A stretch of 63,986 nucleotides of DNA, filler included, from Reticulomyxa filosa (GCA_000512085.1; 24 parts of 24 records of this genome joined end to end with filler, not necessarily neighbours in it), one strand, 5' to 3'. Counted from the first letter of the whole stretch, positions 37,472 to 50,691 are shown. The notes: a model not told the origin generated them from the letters alone. Made by a program: numbers and translations.

Positions 37472-37928
37472 TTTTTATAGTTTTGATTATTGGTTTGCTT
37501 TGCTTGAAAAAAAGCTAGAAATTTCGACTCAAAAATATTCGAAACTCGAGTAAGTCTCAAATATTTAGACTTTACTATCAATATTTTTTTTTCTAGACTG
37601 GCTGTGCCATTAATTTTATTTTAATGAAATGTATTACTTTACATATTCGCCTTCGACTGTTTTTGGAGAACAAAGAGTTAGTTTTTATATCGCTCTAAGT
37701 GCGTCCCTATTTCTCCAGTTTTATTCGACCTTTGTCTGAAAACTGATTTTACCAAAAAATCTAAAAAGGAAAGAATATTGTCTTCCAAAACTTAAATTCC
37801 AGTACAAAAGAAGAGTAACTAACGATTTCAGCGGACCCGCAAAAAACTTGAAAACTACAAAAGTTCAAAAGGGTGAACTGGTAGTTTTTTTGTTTTTTTG
37901 TTTTTTGTTAGCTTCTGCTTTTTCTTGA

Positions 37929-38584
37929 ATGTCCGAAGTGGATTTAAAAGCACTACCCCGAAAAGTTGAATTTTTGCAATGTTTATTCCTTGAAACGGAG
38001 ATACTCCTCCTTGGCAGTGCAAACGACGGGCGGTGCTGTTCGTACAGTATATTATGGGACGAGTATGAACAAATATGTGAATACCCTCCGGGAGCGTTGA
38101 TTAAGAAGCATGTAATAGTGAAGTTAAGCCAACATAATGGCAATCAAGCAAAGATTTTGTCTTTTGGAGGGATTACGTCTTGCGCTTATATAATGGATTA
38201 TCAAAGTGTATGGGCAAAAATACGCCCAAAAACGAGTGGAAACTGTATGTGCTGCCAAGTTCGAATCCATTAGGACAGTGAAGACCCTGTATGCTAAATG
38301 CTTATGCGATAGTCGGAGGCGACAATCAAGAATTGCTCTATGTGTTGGGAGGTGCAACGCTGTTCGTTCTCGATGTCCAATCGCTGGCTCTAATTAAAGA
38401 GCAGAGCCTGTCAGTTACAACTGCGCGTGGTAGCCATTGTCTTGTTGGAACAAGTTTTAACAGCATGCTGGTGTTTGGTGATGACCGTGGCTATGAAATA
38501 GAGTATAACAAAGAGGAGATGGCCTTTGATATTAAAGAGTCTCCCGAATGCAGTTTGAACGAGATTTGGGGACGTCCCCCCCCC
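37929..38584 (+). pseudogene. Kelch-like beta-propeller family member with a frameshift and in-frame TGA
   Basis: LKALPRKVEFLQC...CYSYSI...ICEYP...HVIV...ILSFGG...MDYQSVW parallels the protein at 59820-60926. Confidence 0.65.
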
Positions 38585-39812
38585 NNNNNNNNNNNNNNNN
38601 NNNNNNNNNNNNNNNNNNNNNNNNNNNNTTAATTAATTAANNNNNNNNNNNNNNNNNNNNNNNNNNNNNNNNNNNNNNNNNNNNGAAAAAAAAAAAGAAC
38701 AACAACAGCAGCAACAACATCAACAGCAGCAATAGCAACAACAGCAACAACAGCAACAACAGCAACAATAGCAACAACAGCAAAACAACAGCTCCAAAGA
38801 AATTTGTTGGGCCGGCAGAGCGAAGTGGAATTCCAAGTGACATCGAAAGTTGCGTATACGCGCAAGTACACGATATGAACGGCCAGTCTAAGCTCCAAGA
38901 CAATAAAACTGGCGCAAATTTTCGCAATTATAGATTTTTGGTGTGAGTGTGGTGATTGGATGAAGCGAGTGGCTTAGTTTGTCGAACAATCGACGATTAT
39001 CTTTATTGTGTAGTCTCCTGAATTGACTATGAGCCGAGGGAGACTTATTGGATGCGACGAAAAACTTGTTGTATTGTTCCGACACTTGAAGAGCATGGAC
39101 CGTCGCTTTATATTTACTTCAGCTGGGTTCGTGAGTTTTGAATTTTGAATCGCGTCGACAAGATCAAAATGTGTCTATCATCACGTGTGGCGAGCGGATG
39201 GACTTCGTAGCGAAAAACATAGCGAAACAGTTAGACAAGATCAATCACGGATAATTTGTGTATTTGTGCTACCAGGCAACGAAAGCAAACTCGCCAAGAA
39301 GAAAACAAAGAAAGATGCAGTGTTGTCGCGCAAAGTGAAAGCAATATCAACATTGTGACATTGCAGCGGTGGCAGCGAAGAAAAGGAGCGGACGTTGTTA
39401 CAAAATAACCAGCAGCTCATACGTCGGGAGAATCGCGACATGTGAAAGTGGCCCAATTTGGTGTAAAAGCATTGCGGAACTCCGTCGAGCCAAAAGAAAA
39501 CTTGTTCGCCATCAACGTAGGCACAAGTTTCTGCAAATAATTGTTAGTGTGACATAGCACCGAAGACAATACCGAACTGCGATCTGCCGGCGCCAACAAA
39601 CAAGTAAACTCGATTGTTATTGAAATCTCACTAATTTTATCAACGCAGGAAAATAATCGAAAATGTTTGTGTTCGTGCGCCAATTCGCAATTTTGAATTA
39701 TGAACCGTCCATNNNNNNNNNNNNNNNNNNNNNNNNNNNNNNNNNNNNNNNNNNNNTTAATTAATTAANNNNNNNNNNNNNNNNNNNNNNNNNNNNNNNN
39801 NNNNNNNNNNNN

Positions 39813-40121
39813 TGACGGTCAAATGATAGTATCGTGTTCTAATGACCGCACAGTTACTCTATGGAATGTAAAATCAGGCAAAGATTGAAAGTATTACACG
39901 AACATTTCGGCACCATATTGCGTGTAAGGTTTTCCTCAGACGACAAATTTATTGTATCATGTTCCGAGGATAACACAATTCAAATCTGTGATATGAAAAC
40001 AGGAAAGCAATTAAAAATATTGAAAGGGAATTTATATATTGTATTTGATGTGAAGTATTTTTCAGACAGTCAAATTATTGTATCATGTTCGAATGGCAAA
40101 ACAATTCGAATCTGGGAATAA
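39813..40121 (+). pseudogene. WD40-repeat fragment
   Basis: VRFSSDDKFIVSCSEDNTIQICD; IVSCSNGKTIRIWE; frameshift near 39880. Confidence 0.75.
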
Positions 40122-40585
40122 AAGTTATGAACAAAAGTAAGGATTTTTTTAAAAAAACAAAATTGCGCTGTTGTATTTTGAGAAACCTCAAAAAAAAAGA
40201 TCAACACTAAAATGCACTCCTATCGACATTTGCAATTTTTCATGAAAAAATTAACATTTTTTTTAAATAATATCAGAAAAGCACAAAATAAAACGTATGT
40301 TTTTTACTTTAATACTAACGAATCTTACTTTTTAAAAAATATTCAAAAAAATGAAAAATATCAACGACTTTTATGATTCCTCACTTAATGATTTCTACAG
40401 TTTTTTATTTCGTTTAATAATTGTGTTTTGAAATGTATTTTTGATATGCACATATTTTTTTTGCTTTTATTTTTTACTCATTTTTTTGCATTAGTTTTTA
40501 ATTAGATTGATCTTCAGAATACGACAAAATTGTCAATTTTTTTAAATTAAAGGCTTATTTGAATTTTTATGCGTCATCTTATATT

Positions 40586-40799
40586 TGTAGGGCAAGGCCC
40601 TACTATAGTGGGCGGAACTCTAAAGAGTCTGAGGAGTCCCCAGTGGGATAAACTTCTTCACAACTCTCCTTACTCTTTCTTTGCTATCAGTCTTCTTCTT
40701 TTATCTAATTTACTTTTGTTTTATTGAAAACTGCTCTCAATAAGAGCATCTATCGTATTACACTTACTAATTTTGCACTCAAGCTTCCCACACGTTACA
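40586..40799 (+). mobile_element. Solo-LTR-like repeat (copy C), TGTAG...TTACA
   Basis: TG..CA termini; colinear with copies A and B; no TSD seen. Confidence 0.6.
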
Positions 40800-41355
40800 T
40801 TCCAAAATTTTAAAAAATAGAGAAATCACTGAGATGAAATTTTAGAATGAAAAACGGTAATAACATGCTAATACAATAGATTACAAAACTAACAACAAAA
40901 ATTCCACTTTATGAAGATTGTCCATTTCCAAAATCTGGATTTAATTTTAAATGCTTATTTTTTAGTTTTTTTTGTATGCTTTTGTTCTTTTTGGCAGATG
41001 TTAATATTCAGTTGATTATTCCCAATAAAAACAAAGTGTACTGTGTAGACCTCTGTGTACTTTTTCTTTCCCTTTTTCAAAATTTTTTAAACTTTTTCGT
41101 TTTGCTTAACTTTTCTTAACTTTCTTGTTAAAACAACGTATTTGGTCAGCATATCTTGCGCAAATAACAATCGTAATTTCTCCCTTGCTTTTTTTAAGTG
41201 ACACTCCATATTCGGGCGTGAACAGGAAGTTTTGCGCTTTGCCTTGCCTAAAAAAGAAATACGTATAGAAACACTTAGAATTTTCCTAAAGGTATTGAAT
41301 TTACTTAGTACCACTTGAAGTTGGCTTTTTTATATAAAAAGTAGAGGAATTATCG

Positions 41356-42987
41356 ATGAGTCGAGAAACAACAAAAGTATCAGGCCCAGATAAAACAACG
41401 AAGAAAGTCCATACAACAACGAGCAAAAAGAATGTATCGGTTCAGAATACCATTACAGTCGGAGTAGAGATTGAGAAATGGTGCGCCCATCCACCACTAC
41501 CTCAGGAGAAGCTAGCATATAATATATTTAGAGGTCAAGTTATATCGGAAAACATAGAAAAGGGAATTTATGACGATATATTAGAAGCCGAAATTACTGG
41601 AATGATACTTAAAGATTTAGGACTTTCAGATATTTATCAAAATGAGGTAAAAGCTAAATCATACTTATGTCAAATCAAAAGAAATGAATTCAAGTTCATG
41701 GAAGTGACTTTTGATTCTCCTTGGCTAAAGTCAGACGGTTCTGGTAGAGGAACGCTAGAATTTGAGTCATGCGTTGACAAATCGTCATCAGATGAAGGAG
41801 ACGTACATAAAGGAGGCGTATTACCTTATAAGAAATTCTTCACAGAAAAAAATATGGCTGAAATACGGTTTGCGATTAAATATTTCGAAACGGCTGTAAA
41901 TGAAATAAAAAGCGCCCGTTCACAATTGGAAAAACAGAGCCTACAATCGAAACAAGGCCAACAATTGAAAAAAAAGAAATCACAATCGGAAGAAAAGAGC
42001 TCAGAGCCACATGGGATCGTTGAATTAAGTAAGGGGAATGAGCCAACCACATTTACTATTTCCATGAACACCAGCACAAAATTCAAATTCATTTTTCCTG
42101 GCTATGCAGAAGATTTTTTTGTAAACTGCAAGCTAGAGGACGAACAGGGGGTCGTTAATATTACTCACAGCTTTAATGTTGCTTACAAGATAAATAAACA
42201 AGACCACCAAAAATCGTTAGATTTTACAAAAAAGTACAAGGACCCGAGCACTACAACAAACGACAAGGGGTCTGTTATGGATGAATATGAAATAGGGACG
42301 AACATTTCAGGCAATTTTTTCAGAGATAAAAACATGCCTGATCCGAAAACTCCATATAAACTTTTTCTTCAAGCAGAGTTTGGCCAAAACGGTATAATCA
42401 CCAGGATAGTAAACGCAGACAATGATGATGAGAAGAACGTCACAACAAAAAACACTTTGTTTCCTATGCATAACCAAGCAAAAGAAGTAGCAGAGGATAT
42501 TTTATTCTGCGTGAATATACTTGAAACAAAAATACTGTCAAATTTAAGGAGAATGGACCGCACGGATGCAGAATATAATACACTCAATCAAGCAAAAAAA
42601 TGCTTGTGATACAATTGATTGCTGGTGCAAAGATCTTAAATATGCGATTGCACAAAATGGAAACAGTCACCAAGTGACGAATCAAAACAGCCTAATTGGG
42701 ATAATAAACGACCCAAATAGCTTAAAGATCTCTGAACTGTTTAGTTGGCAATCCATTAGTGCATTGGATGCGGTAATATCTAGTGCGGTTGGTAATGCTT
42801 GTGTATTTGGAGGTGATGGATCTAAAATCCTAAAACCTATCGACGAATGTAATGTACTTGTAGAGCATCATGCTAAAGCAGGCCGTCTACTTTCAATCAT
42901 AGCGCCTGCTATATATGGAAAGACCACTAACTCCACGTACTGGAATGAGACGATCACGGAATTTGAGAAGATAGACCCAGAGATGAT
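41356..42987 (+). CDS. Intronless protein of the glutamine-synthetase/carboxylate-amine ligase fold, resembling the actin cross-linking domain (ACD); 3' partial, one homopolymer frameshift
   Basis: TVGVEIE (41455-41475), MEVTFD, GTLEFES, KEVAEDIL, then QAKNAC after removing one A from the A7 run at 42594-42600, and NVLVEHH (~42851-42871). ORFs 41356..42609 and 42566..43039 merge. Confidence 0.55.
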
Positions 42988-43087
42988 NNNNNNNNNNNNN
43001 NNNNNNNNNNNNNNNNNNNNNNNNNNNNNNNTTAATTAATTAANNNNNNNNNNNNNNNNNNNNNNNNNNNNNNNNNNNNNNNNNNNN

Positions 43088-44330
43088 GGGGGGAGGTCAC
43101 TCCACTCCATCGTGCATTCATAGTCCATCGATCGTTCGTGTATCAAATACGACAGCAAAGTGGATATCCACTGCGATCCAAAGTCTTCTCCCTCTTTCGT
43201 TTCAGTGTTTGTCGAGACTCCATTTTGCTCTTTCAGAAAATCCACGACGACATCAAAGGGAAGAAACCCTTTGTTGTTTTCTTTGCTTGTGTGCTTCAGA
43301 GTGTCGTGCACGCCCATGCAAAGCTTCTCTCGCGCGAACAATTTGTTCATTCGATCGGCAATCGCATGCAGCGCGGAGTTCGACGGCACGTACGCGACGC
43401 AAAGCGCGGTCGAAGGTACCATGTGCATCAGCGAACTGCCGTACAAGCGTAGCGCAAAGGGCAGGTCTGTCGTGGGGAGATACGTACCAAACTTTTGGAA
43501 CACCAAGTCTTGGACGTCGTTCAGTTTTATCGTATTGGCATTTTCACGCAGCACTTGATATAGCATTGATCCAACGGGTATGCTATATTGCTATTTTTTT
43601 TTATTTCATTTTTATTTGATTTGAAAAAGAAAAATAAACAAATGAATGTACTTTTCTTTTTATTAAAACGCAATGTAACTGCAAGGGGCTTCGGAACGTG
43701 TCTTCGTAACGAAACGTGAAAATCCTTTTGTTGCGGGTGACTCGAAGAAGAGGATTTTAACTTCACGTCATAAGAAAGCTTAGTATGCAAATGGTGGAAG
43801 AGCTGCCGTCGCCAATGTCCAACTTGCAATTCGCGCAAAAAGGTTTGCAAACGCCACAACGTGCATTCACCGCCCAGTTGAACAATAGCCGCCAACATGC
43901 ACTCTCTTTCAAAAGCGGAGCCTTCGTGATGTGCAAAAGAAGTCGAGCTCGGAGTTGGAGCCATTCGATCGAGTCTCAGCCACGCGCACTTGTCGGACAA
44001 CAGCTCTGTGTTTTTGAACACGAAGACCAAGTCCGGAGTGGGCACCTGCAGCAAGGACAGAAACGCATCGAATCTCTGCAGCGCGAATGCGAGCCAATCG
44101 TCAATAAAATCGATATGCAAATGACGAAATACGTGTTGCTGCAATTGCGAAAAGGTGACATACACAGGGTCGTCGACGACGTGGCCGATCGAGCGAAATC
44201 GTTCGATGCTATCTTTGACTTGTGTCGAGCGAGCTGCTTGTTGATACAAATTCCAGAGCCATTCCTCCCCACATAAATAGTTGGTATTGCTACGACGCAA
44301 TTCTGCTATTGACTGTGTCTTTGTTTTTGC

Positions 44331-44363
<33 letters not shown>

Positions 44364-44423
44364 CGTCATCGTCGTCGTCGTCGTTGTCGTTGCTGTTGAT
44401 GCTGTTGATGCTATAGACTCCAT
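43088..44423 (-). CDS. Hypothetical protein, spliced, partial
   Basis: Long ORFs 43527..44423 and 43036..43566 separated by an AT-rich intron-like segment. No family recognised. Confidence 0.5.
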
Positions 44424-44946
44424 CTCAGNNNNNNNNNNNNNNNNNNNNNNNNNNNNNNNNNNNNNNNNNNNNTTAATTAATTAANNNNNNNNNNNNNNNN
44501 NNNNNNNNNNNNNNNNNNNNNNNNNNNNAAAAAAAAAAGAGCGGGGAAATATGTAGTCAAATGGTTTGTTTTGTCACAATCACAACTTGTTTAACAAAAA
44601 AGTAGTCCACATTTTTTGTTTTGAGTCGATCATCATAATAATACCCATAAATTTCTTGTACGTTGCTCATTTCATCACAATATTTTCGTCGATTAACACT
44701 AACAAAATCCATTCCATAGTCATAACAGAAGTCATTAAAAAAAAAAATTGCACGTACCAAAATCTCAAAATTAGTCACACATGTGGAATATTTAGACTAG
44801 TTACTAACTTTTTGTTGTTGTAACTTAATTGAATGTGATATCAAAAAGAGACAAAATGTCGGTCTTAAACTTGGTTTTACCCTTTTTTTCTTTTTTAAAA
44901 AATCTGAATAATTTGAATCGTTGCTGGTAGAGCAACATTGGCAAAC

Positions 44947-45562
44947 ATGACAATGCCCCCGCCTGCAAATTTCCCCGGGTTGCCTCCGCCAACACCGCAG
45001 GGTCAACTTCTTCCAATAACTGGGCTCGGGGTTGGTGGTGTCCCACCCCCAATGATGATGCACCCCCCAGTCCCTCCCCAAGCGCCCGTGCCAACCCCAT
45101 TACAAATGCTAAAGCGAAAAGGAAAAGGGCCTCAGCCACTCGACAAATGGGTACATGTCGCACCGAACAACACGGTGTACGTCAATAACTTGAACGAAAA
45201 AATCAACAGAGAAGGTAAAAACGCGACCAACCTCAACAAAAAAAAAAAGCAAAAAAATGCGCTGTTGCGCGCAGATTGAAATGTTTTTTTTTTCATCCAA
45301 AAAAAAAAATAATAATAAATAATAAAATAATAACAGATGTATTAAATGGTCTACGTGAAGTGTTCGGACAATATGGTGACATACTAGAAATAATATGCTA
45401 CACCAAGATCAAGCGATGCAAAGGGTAAGATCCTCGCACTTTATAATGTAATGTTGTACAACGACATCAAATAAAACACAAAAAAAAAAAAAAAAAAAAA
45501 AAATGGAAACAGACAAGCGTGGATAGTGTTTGACAAGGTCGAGAGCGCCGTGAATGCCGTGA
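44947..45562 (+). CDS. U1A/U2B''-family snRNP RRM protein with Pro-rich N-terminal extension (partial), exons 44947-45214, 45337-45424, 45513->45562
   Basis: PNNTVYVNNLNEKI (RNP2, YxNNLNEKI diagnostic); LREVFGQYGDILEI; KGQAWIVF (RNP1). Splices keep the frame. Confidence 0.9.
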
Positions 45563-45849
45563 NNNNNNNNNNNNNNNNNNNNNNNNNNNNNNNNNNNNNN
45601 NNNNNNTTAATTAATTAANNNNNNNNNNNNNNNNNNNNNNNNNNNNNNNNNNNNNNNNNNNNTGAAGATGTGGCCACTTGTTTGGTTCAATCACATATTG
45701 TGACGTCTTCCAAAGGAAAATGTGCCAAACGAAAAATCTTCAAAACTGTCCCAGTCTTGCCCTCTTGCTTTTGTGCCTCTCACAAATAAAAAAATGTTGA
45801 TTCGTTTTTTTTTTTTTTTTTATTGCAAAGATATCATCGAATCCCTATA

Positions 45850-46680
45850 TTACAAATTTAGCCAAAAAAAAAAAGAAATTTTTTTTTTTGTTTGCTGTTG
45901 CCTAAAAAAAAAAAAAAGAGCAAATATCTCAACTGAGCTAACAAGAGAGGTACCAAATTGATGATCTTGTGACTCTGGGGCAGCATTGTCTGGAGTGAAC
46001 ATGTAATTGGAATCAGCATCATTAGAACTATTGAGACGATGGATGGCATAGACATCGGAAGACATGCGACCATAAATTTCCAAAGATGGGACTCTTTCGT
46101 TTTTGTCCAGTTCAAAGTCAAAGTCATTTCCATTGTTCATTTGATCCGTGTTGGGTGTTGCATTAACAATTTCGGACGCTTCAAATGGATGATCGTCGTC
46201 ATAGTGTTCCGACTCCTGTCTATATTCATGTCCATTTGCATGTTCGTATGTCTGTTCGTGATGAAGATGCACCTCATTCGGAGTATTCGTCATGTTGACG
46301 GGACTCTTTCTGTTTTGGACAGCAACGGCTTGTTGACGGAGTTCGGTTTGGTCGTATTCATGCAATGACTTCATCAGTTTGGAATCGTCGTTGTCGTCCC
46401 CTGCTTTGTCTCGTGCACTTTCTTCTTCTTCTTCTTCTTTTTCTTTCTCTTCTTCCGAATCCAGAGCCACTTCCTCAATGTCATCTTCCTCTTCATCTTC
46501 CTCCGTGATCGTGTTGATCGGGATCAATCCCAAAATGCTTGGAGTCGACGCGTGATGTGCCGTAGACCTCTTGGGCAACGGATACACAAAAGTGGATGTA
46601 TTGTTATCGCCATCCATTTCCATTTTATAATCGTCTCCATCTTCGTTCTCATCTTCATTGTTATCATCATCATCATTGTT

Positions 46681-46712
<32 letters not shown>

Positions 46713-46995
46713 TATCATTATTATCATTAGCATTGCCATTGCCCTTTGCACGTTCATTACCTTTGTTCTTGTCGCTGCCCGTGGCAACACGAAGATTAGT
46801 AATGCCACCCGCGTGGCTGCTCTCATCACCGCTCTGACTATCTTCTTCAGCATCCATGTGGATCATTGACTCGCTTGCGTTGTTGTTGTTGTAGCTGTTG
46901 CGATTGCTCATGCGCACTTTTTCCAATTCCACCAGACTTCCGCGTTCCATTATGGGGCCGTGATCCGCTTGCAGAGGTGATATCTCTTCCATCAC
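45850..46995 (-). CDS. Acidic low-complexity hypothetical protein (internal fragment)
   Basis: 381-aa open frame with poly-Asp/Glu runs; flanked by intron-like tracts. Confidence 0.55.
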
Positions 46996-47135
46996 ATTAC
47001 CCTTGTTTTTATCATTATTATTATTATTGCTATTANNNNNNNNNNNNNNNNNNNNNNNNNNNNNNNNNNNNNNNNNNNNTTAATTAATTAANNNNNNNNN
47101 NNNNNNNNNNNNNNNNNNNNNNNNNNNNNNNNNNN

Positions 47136-47467
47136 CCTGATACAATCATGTTGTCATCTGAAGAAATATTTATATATCATATTACAAATCTATTTTCTTC
47201 AAAATTCATCAACTCTTTTCCTGATTTCACAGCCCATAATCGAATTGTTGTATCGTGTGAGCAAGACACAATAGTATTTCGATCTGGTGAAAATTCTGCA
47301 TAATTAACCCAATCCGAGTGACCGAGAAAAGTTTGGATGAGCTCACCTGAGGCCATATCACATAGTCTGATTGTTTCATCGTCAGAAGACGACACAATCA
47401 TCCGACTGTCTGTTGAAAATTGTACGCTATTTATTTCTTGGCCATGTCCTTTTAAAACTCTTACCAA
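47136..47467 (-). pseudogene. WD40-repeat fragment
   Basis: LKGHGQEINSVQFSTDSRMIVSSSDDETIRLCD; GHSDWVNYAEFSPDRNTIVSCSHDTTIRLW. Confidence 0.8.
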
Positions 47468-48235
47468 TTCAAAATATTTAGCCTATTTTATGAAACAACA
47501 CGGTAATAAAACATTGTCAAACTAATTTCACATTTAAAATTCGGAGCAAATTTTGAATTATTATTTTCATATCTTTCTCCAACTGTTTGTCGATTTATCA
47601 ATTCAACAGTAACTCAGTGTTGAATAACAAAAATTTGTAAACGAGATAGGCCTACCAAGTGTGGTATTATAGTTTCTTTTTCTTTGATAATAGTATCCAT
47701 TTTCTTTGTTTATTATAAAGATGATCAACCTGTCACTTTGGAATTGAAAGGAGCCATACGCGCACCAACTATTACATACGATGTGTATTCATTTTTATCT
47801 GAATTAATTGAGGTCTCCTTTTTTTTTTTTTTTTGTTGTTCCATTTCCTCTTCATCTGTTGCATTGCAAATGAGGCTTACACGTCATTTTGGGAATACAA
47901 ACGCACACATAAAAGGTACCGGTGTCGTCCGTCTTTTGACTTTGCCTTGTTGTTTCGTTTGCTTCTCTTCAATTGATATGTTTCGGCACTAGAGATATGT
48001 CCGCCCTCTTTTGACAGTATGCAGTCACGTTCATGATCCGTCTGCTATCAATCCACTCACTTCTTTACCCCTTTCATCTGTTCGCTTCACTGTCGGTAGT
48101 GAAAAGTCGTCGGCTTCAAAGTTATCAGTGTCCACNNNNNNNNNNNNNNNNNNNNNNNNNNNNNNNNNNNNNNNNNNNNTTAATTAATTAANNNNNNNNN
48201 NNNNNNNNNNNNNNNNNNNNNNNNNNNNNNNNNNN

Positions 48236-48493
48236 GAAGAACAAAGATTAGTGCAACAACGAGACGCCATCCACGCAACTCTAAAAGAGACAATGAACTA
48301 CCGGTCAGATAGCATAGCTGCCCAAGAGACAGTAGTCTCTGCCTTGAACAAGTTGATACGTTGTCGATTGCGTCGACAAGAAAATTCCATTTGCTTTCGA
48401 TCCCAAACTCAGTCCCAATCGGGTGCAGATTCCACTCCGATTTTTTATGATTATTATTTCTTCGACGATAGCGACACAGAAGCTGACACTGAC

Positions 48494-48546
<53 letters not shown>

Positions 48547-49471
48547 TCAAATGACGGAGATAATAACGCCACTTGTTCACAAAAGAAATACTTGTCGTAT
48601 TGTGGTGAGTCAAATGATCACAATTCGATGATACAAGTGCTGAACAACAATCGTGTGTATATTAACAAACACCTCGCGGCGTTGTCATTGTTTTTGAAAT
48701 CGGCACACAGCCCCGAGTTTGAAAACCTGCTGCGATCGCACTCGAAAATTCATCTGAAGCGCTCATCGTCTTTGTCTCCGGACAAGCCGACCACGGACGC
48801 CAAAAAAGGTGTCGTGGACATTGTGGCCGACACTGCGCACGCACTTTGTGCTAGCTCCACTTTGCATGTGCCCAACTCAAAAACGGAGCTGATTTTGGAA
48901 AGTCAAGTCACGACGAAAGCCAGCTTCTCGTGGACGAGCAATGAGGAGAGCTTCGCCTCGAAGCAGACCTCCGTGACGCCCACACGTCAGACAGATACCA
49001 AACATACGTATCCCAAAAATCACTCCAATTTTGTGTTGCGATTGAAACCACACCCTTTGGAGAAATGTCATGGTCTCACCGATCCACTTCCTCTTTCTCA
49101 GACCACTTCTGACCCCACTCCTTATTTCTCTTCTTCTTCTTCTTCTTCTTCTTCTTTCTTCGTCTTTGTCTTATCCCTCCTTTGTATCCAATCCTAACCC
49201 CAACTCCAACTTTGTGGATCAGTTTATCCTTACATGGCTGGCCAATACACATGATGACACTCATATGTCTTCCAATAAGTTTGCTCATCTTCTAGTCCAT
49301 GGCGGGGAACTCCAGGTCAAAGATGAACTGCTTTCCTTGTCTCGACATTGCCATCAGACTATCACGCTCTTGCATCAGGAGTCCACACACTTGCAACAAG
49401 TCCTTCAACACTATCACTTGTTGAAAGATAAGTTTTTGTTACATGTCAAATCTTGTTGGAAAAATTGTTGA
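48236..49471 (+). CDS. Hypothetical protein, 3' part, frameshifted at microsatellites
   Basis: Overlapping ORFs 48251, 48592 and 49070 join at (AAT)n and (TCT)n runs. Confidence 0.35.
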
Positions 49472-49981
49472 TATTACAGTGCTCTTGTCAGCTTCAATGT
49501 CTAGAGTTTATATACTTTTTTAACTATTGTTATTGTTATTACCTTGGACGATTTATATTCTCCCCTGGACACTTGAACACATTTCTTTGACTTTCAATAC
49601 TAAAAACTATTGTTGATAGAGAGAAAGAAAAGAAGAGGAACATAATTTTCACATATGAATAGACGTTGTGTCACTACAAACTTATTTCATTCAACCCCTT
49701 TCTGAATTGTAAAATATCGTAACAACAAAAGGACATTACCTGTCGATAACCAGATTCTTTTTATTTTTTTTTGCGGCTCTTGGAAGGTGAGTTCATTCAA
49801 ATTCAACGTGCCGACAATTTAAGTCTACCGAGTCTTGGACACTTTTTCTGCTTTGCGTTTAATAGTTTGCAACACCTTGCGGCATTGCCAATATATGGTT
49901 GCTATTTCTTAGTTGCATTTTTTTTTTTCCAGTAATGTTCCGTCCCTACTCCCCGCCCCCTTGGAATCTTTTCATTCGATC

Positions 49982-50555
49982 ATGTCCACAAACACATTAA
50001 ATCAAAATCCAAGAGCATTGGAGGAAGCCACCTCTAAAGCCTTGGCAGAACATGAGAGAAGATGCAGTCAGTATGTGGCAGTGTCGAAAGATATTAGCCA
50101 AATTGTTGGCGACATGGAAGAAGCCAAACGCGTGGCACAGGATGTAATGAAAGGCATAGACCCAAATTATCGGTCCGAAATAGCCCACGAACTGTCCAGA
50201 GACGACCCTTTAGTGAGTGAGAGTTTGCGTTCTCATTCTCGGAAGAAGTCCCAATACAAGGCCGTAGAGGACGTTGCTCAGGCTATGTCAAAGACAAAGC
50301 AGACATTGCCAGTGTGACGAGACTAATTATGCGTGAGCATTTCCAGGGGAACATTGATGGCATTGCCAAGGACAGTGCTGATGGATTAATGAATGCCAAC
50401 AACAACAACAATAACATTTCGGAATCAAACCTTCAATCGAAAAAAGGTGATGCCAAAGGTACGTTGGTCGAAACGAACGATTTGGTTGGAATTGCCGATT
50501 TGCAACAACAACAAATCGAATATTTGAACAAACAAATTAAACTGCTGACCAAAAC
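49982..50555 (+). CDS. Coiled-coil hypothetical protein (5' part)
   Basis: MSTNTLNQNPRALEE...; continues in ORF 50314 after a frameshift. Confidence 0.35.
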
Positions 50556-50691
50556 NNNNNNNNNNNNNNNNNNNNNNNNNNNNNNNNNNNNNNNNNNNNT
50601 TAATTAATTAANNNNNNNNNNNNNNNNNNNNNNNNNNNNNNNNNNNNNNNNNNNNAAAAAAAAAAAAAAAGAAAGACTGAAAAAATTTAAA

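Noticed and set aside
38685-39712. Alternative genetic code (TGA readthrough), suggested by TGA-interrupted frames here and at ~38278
   Set aside because: TAA/TAG stops and frameshifts also interrupt these frames, and TGA ends intact genes (p24 at 15363, HLCS at 62394). Pseudogene decay is the simpler explanation.
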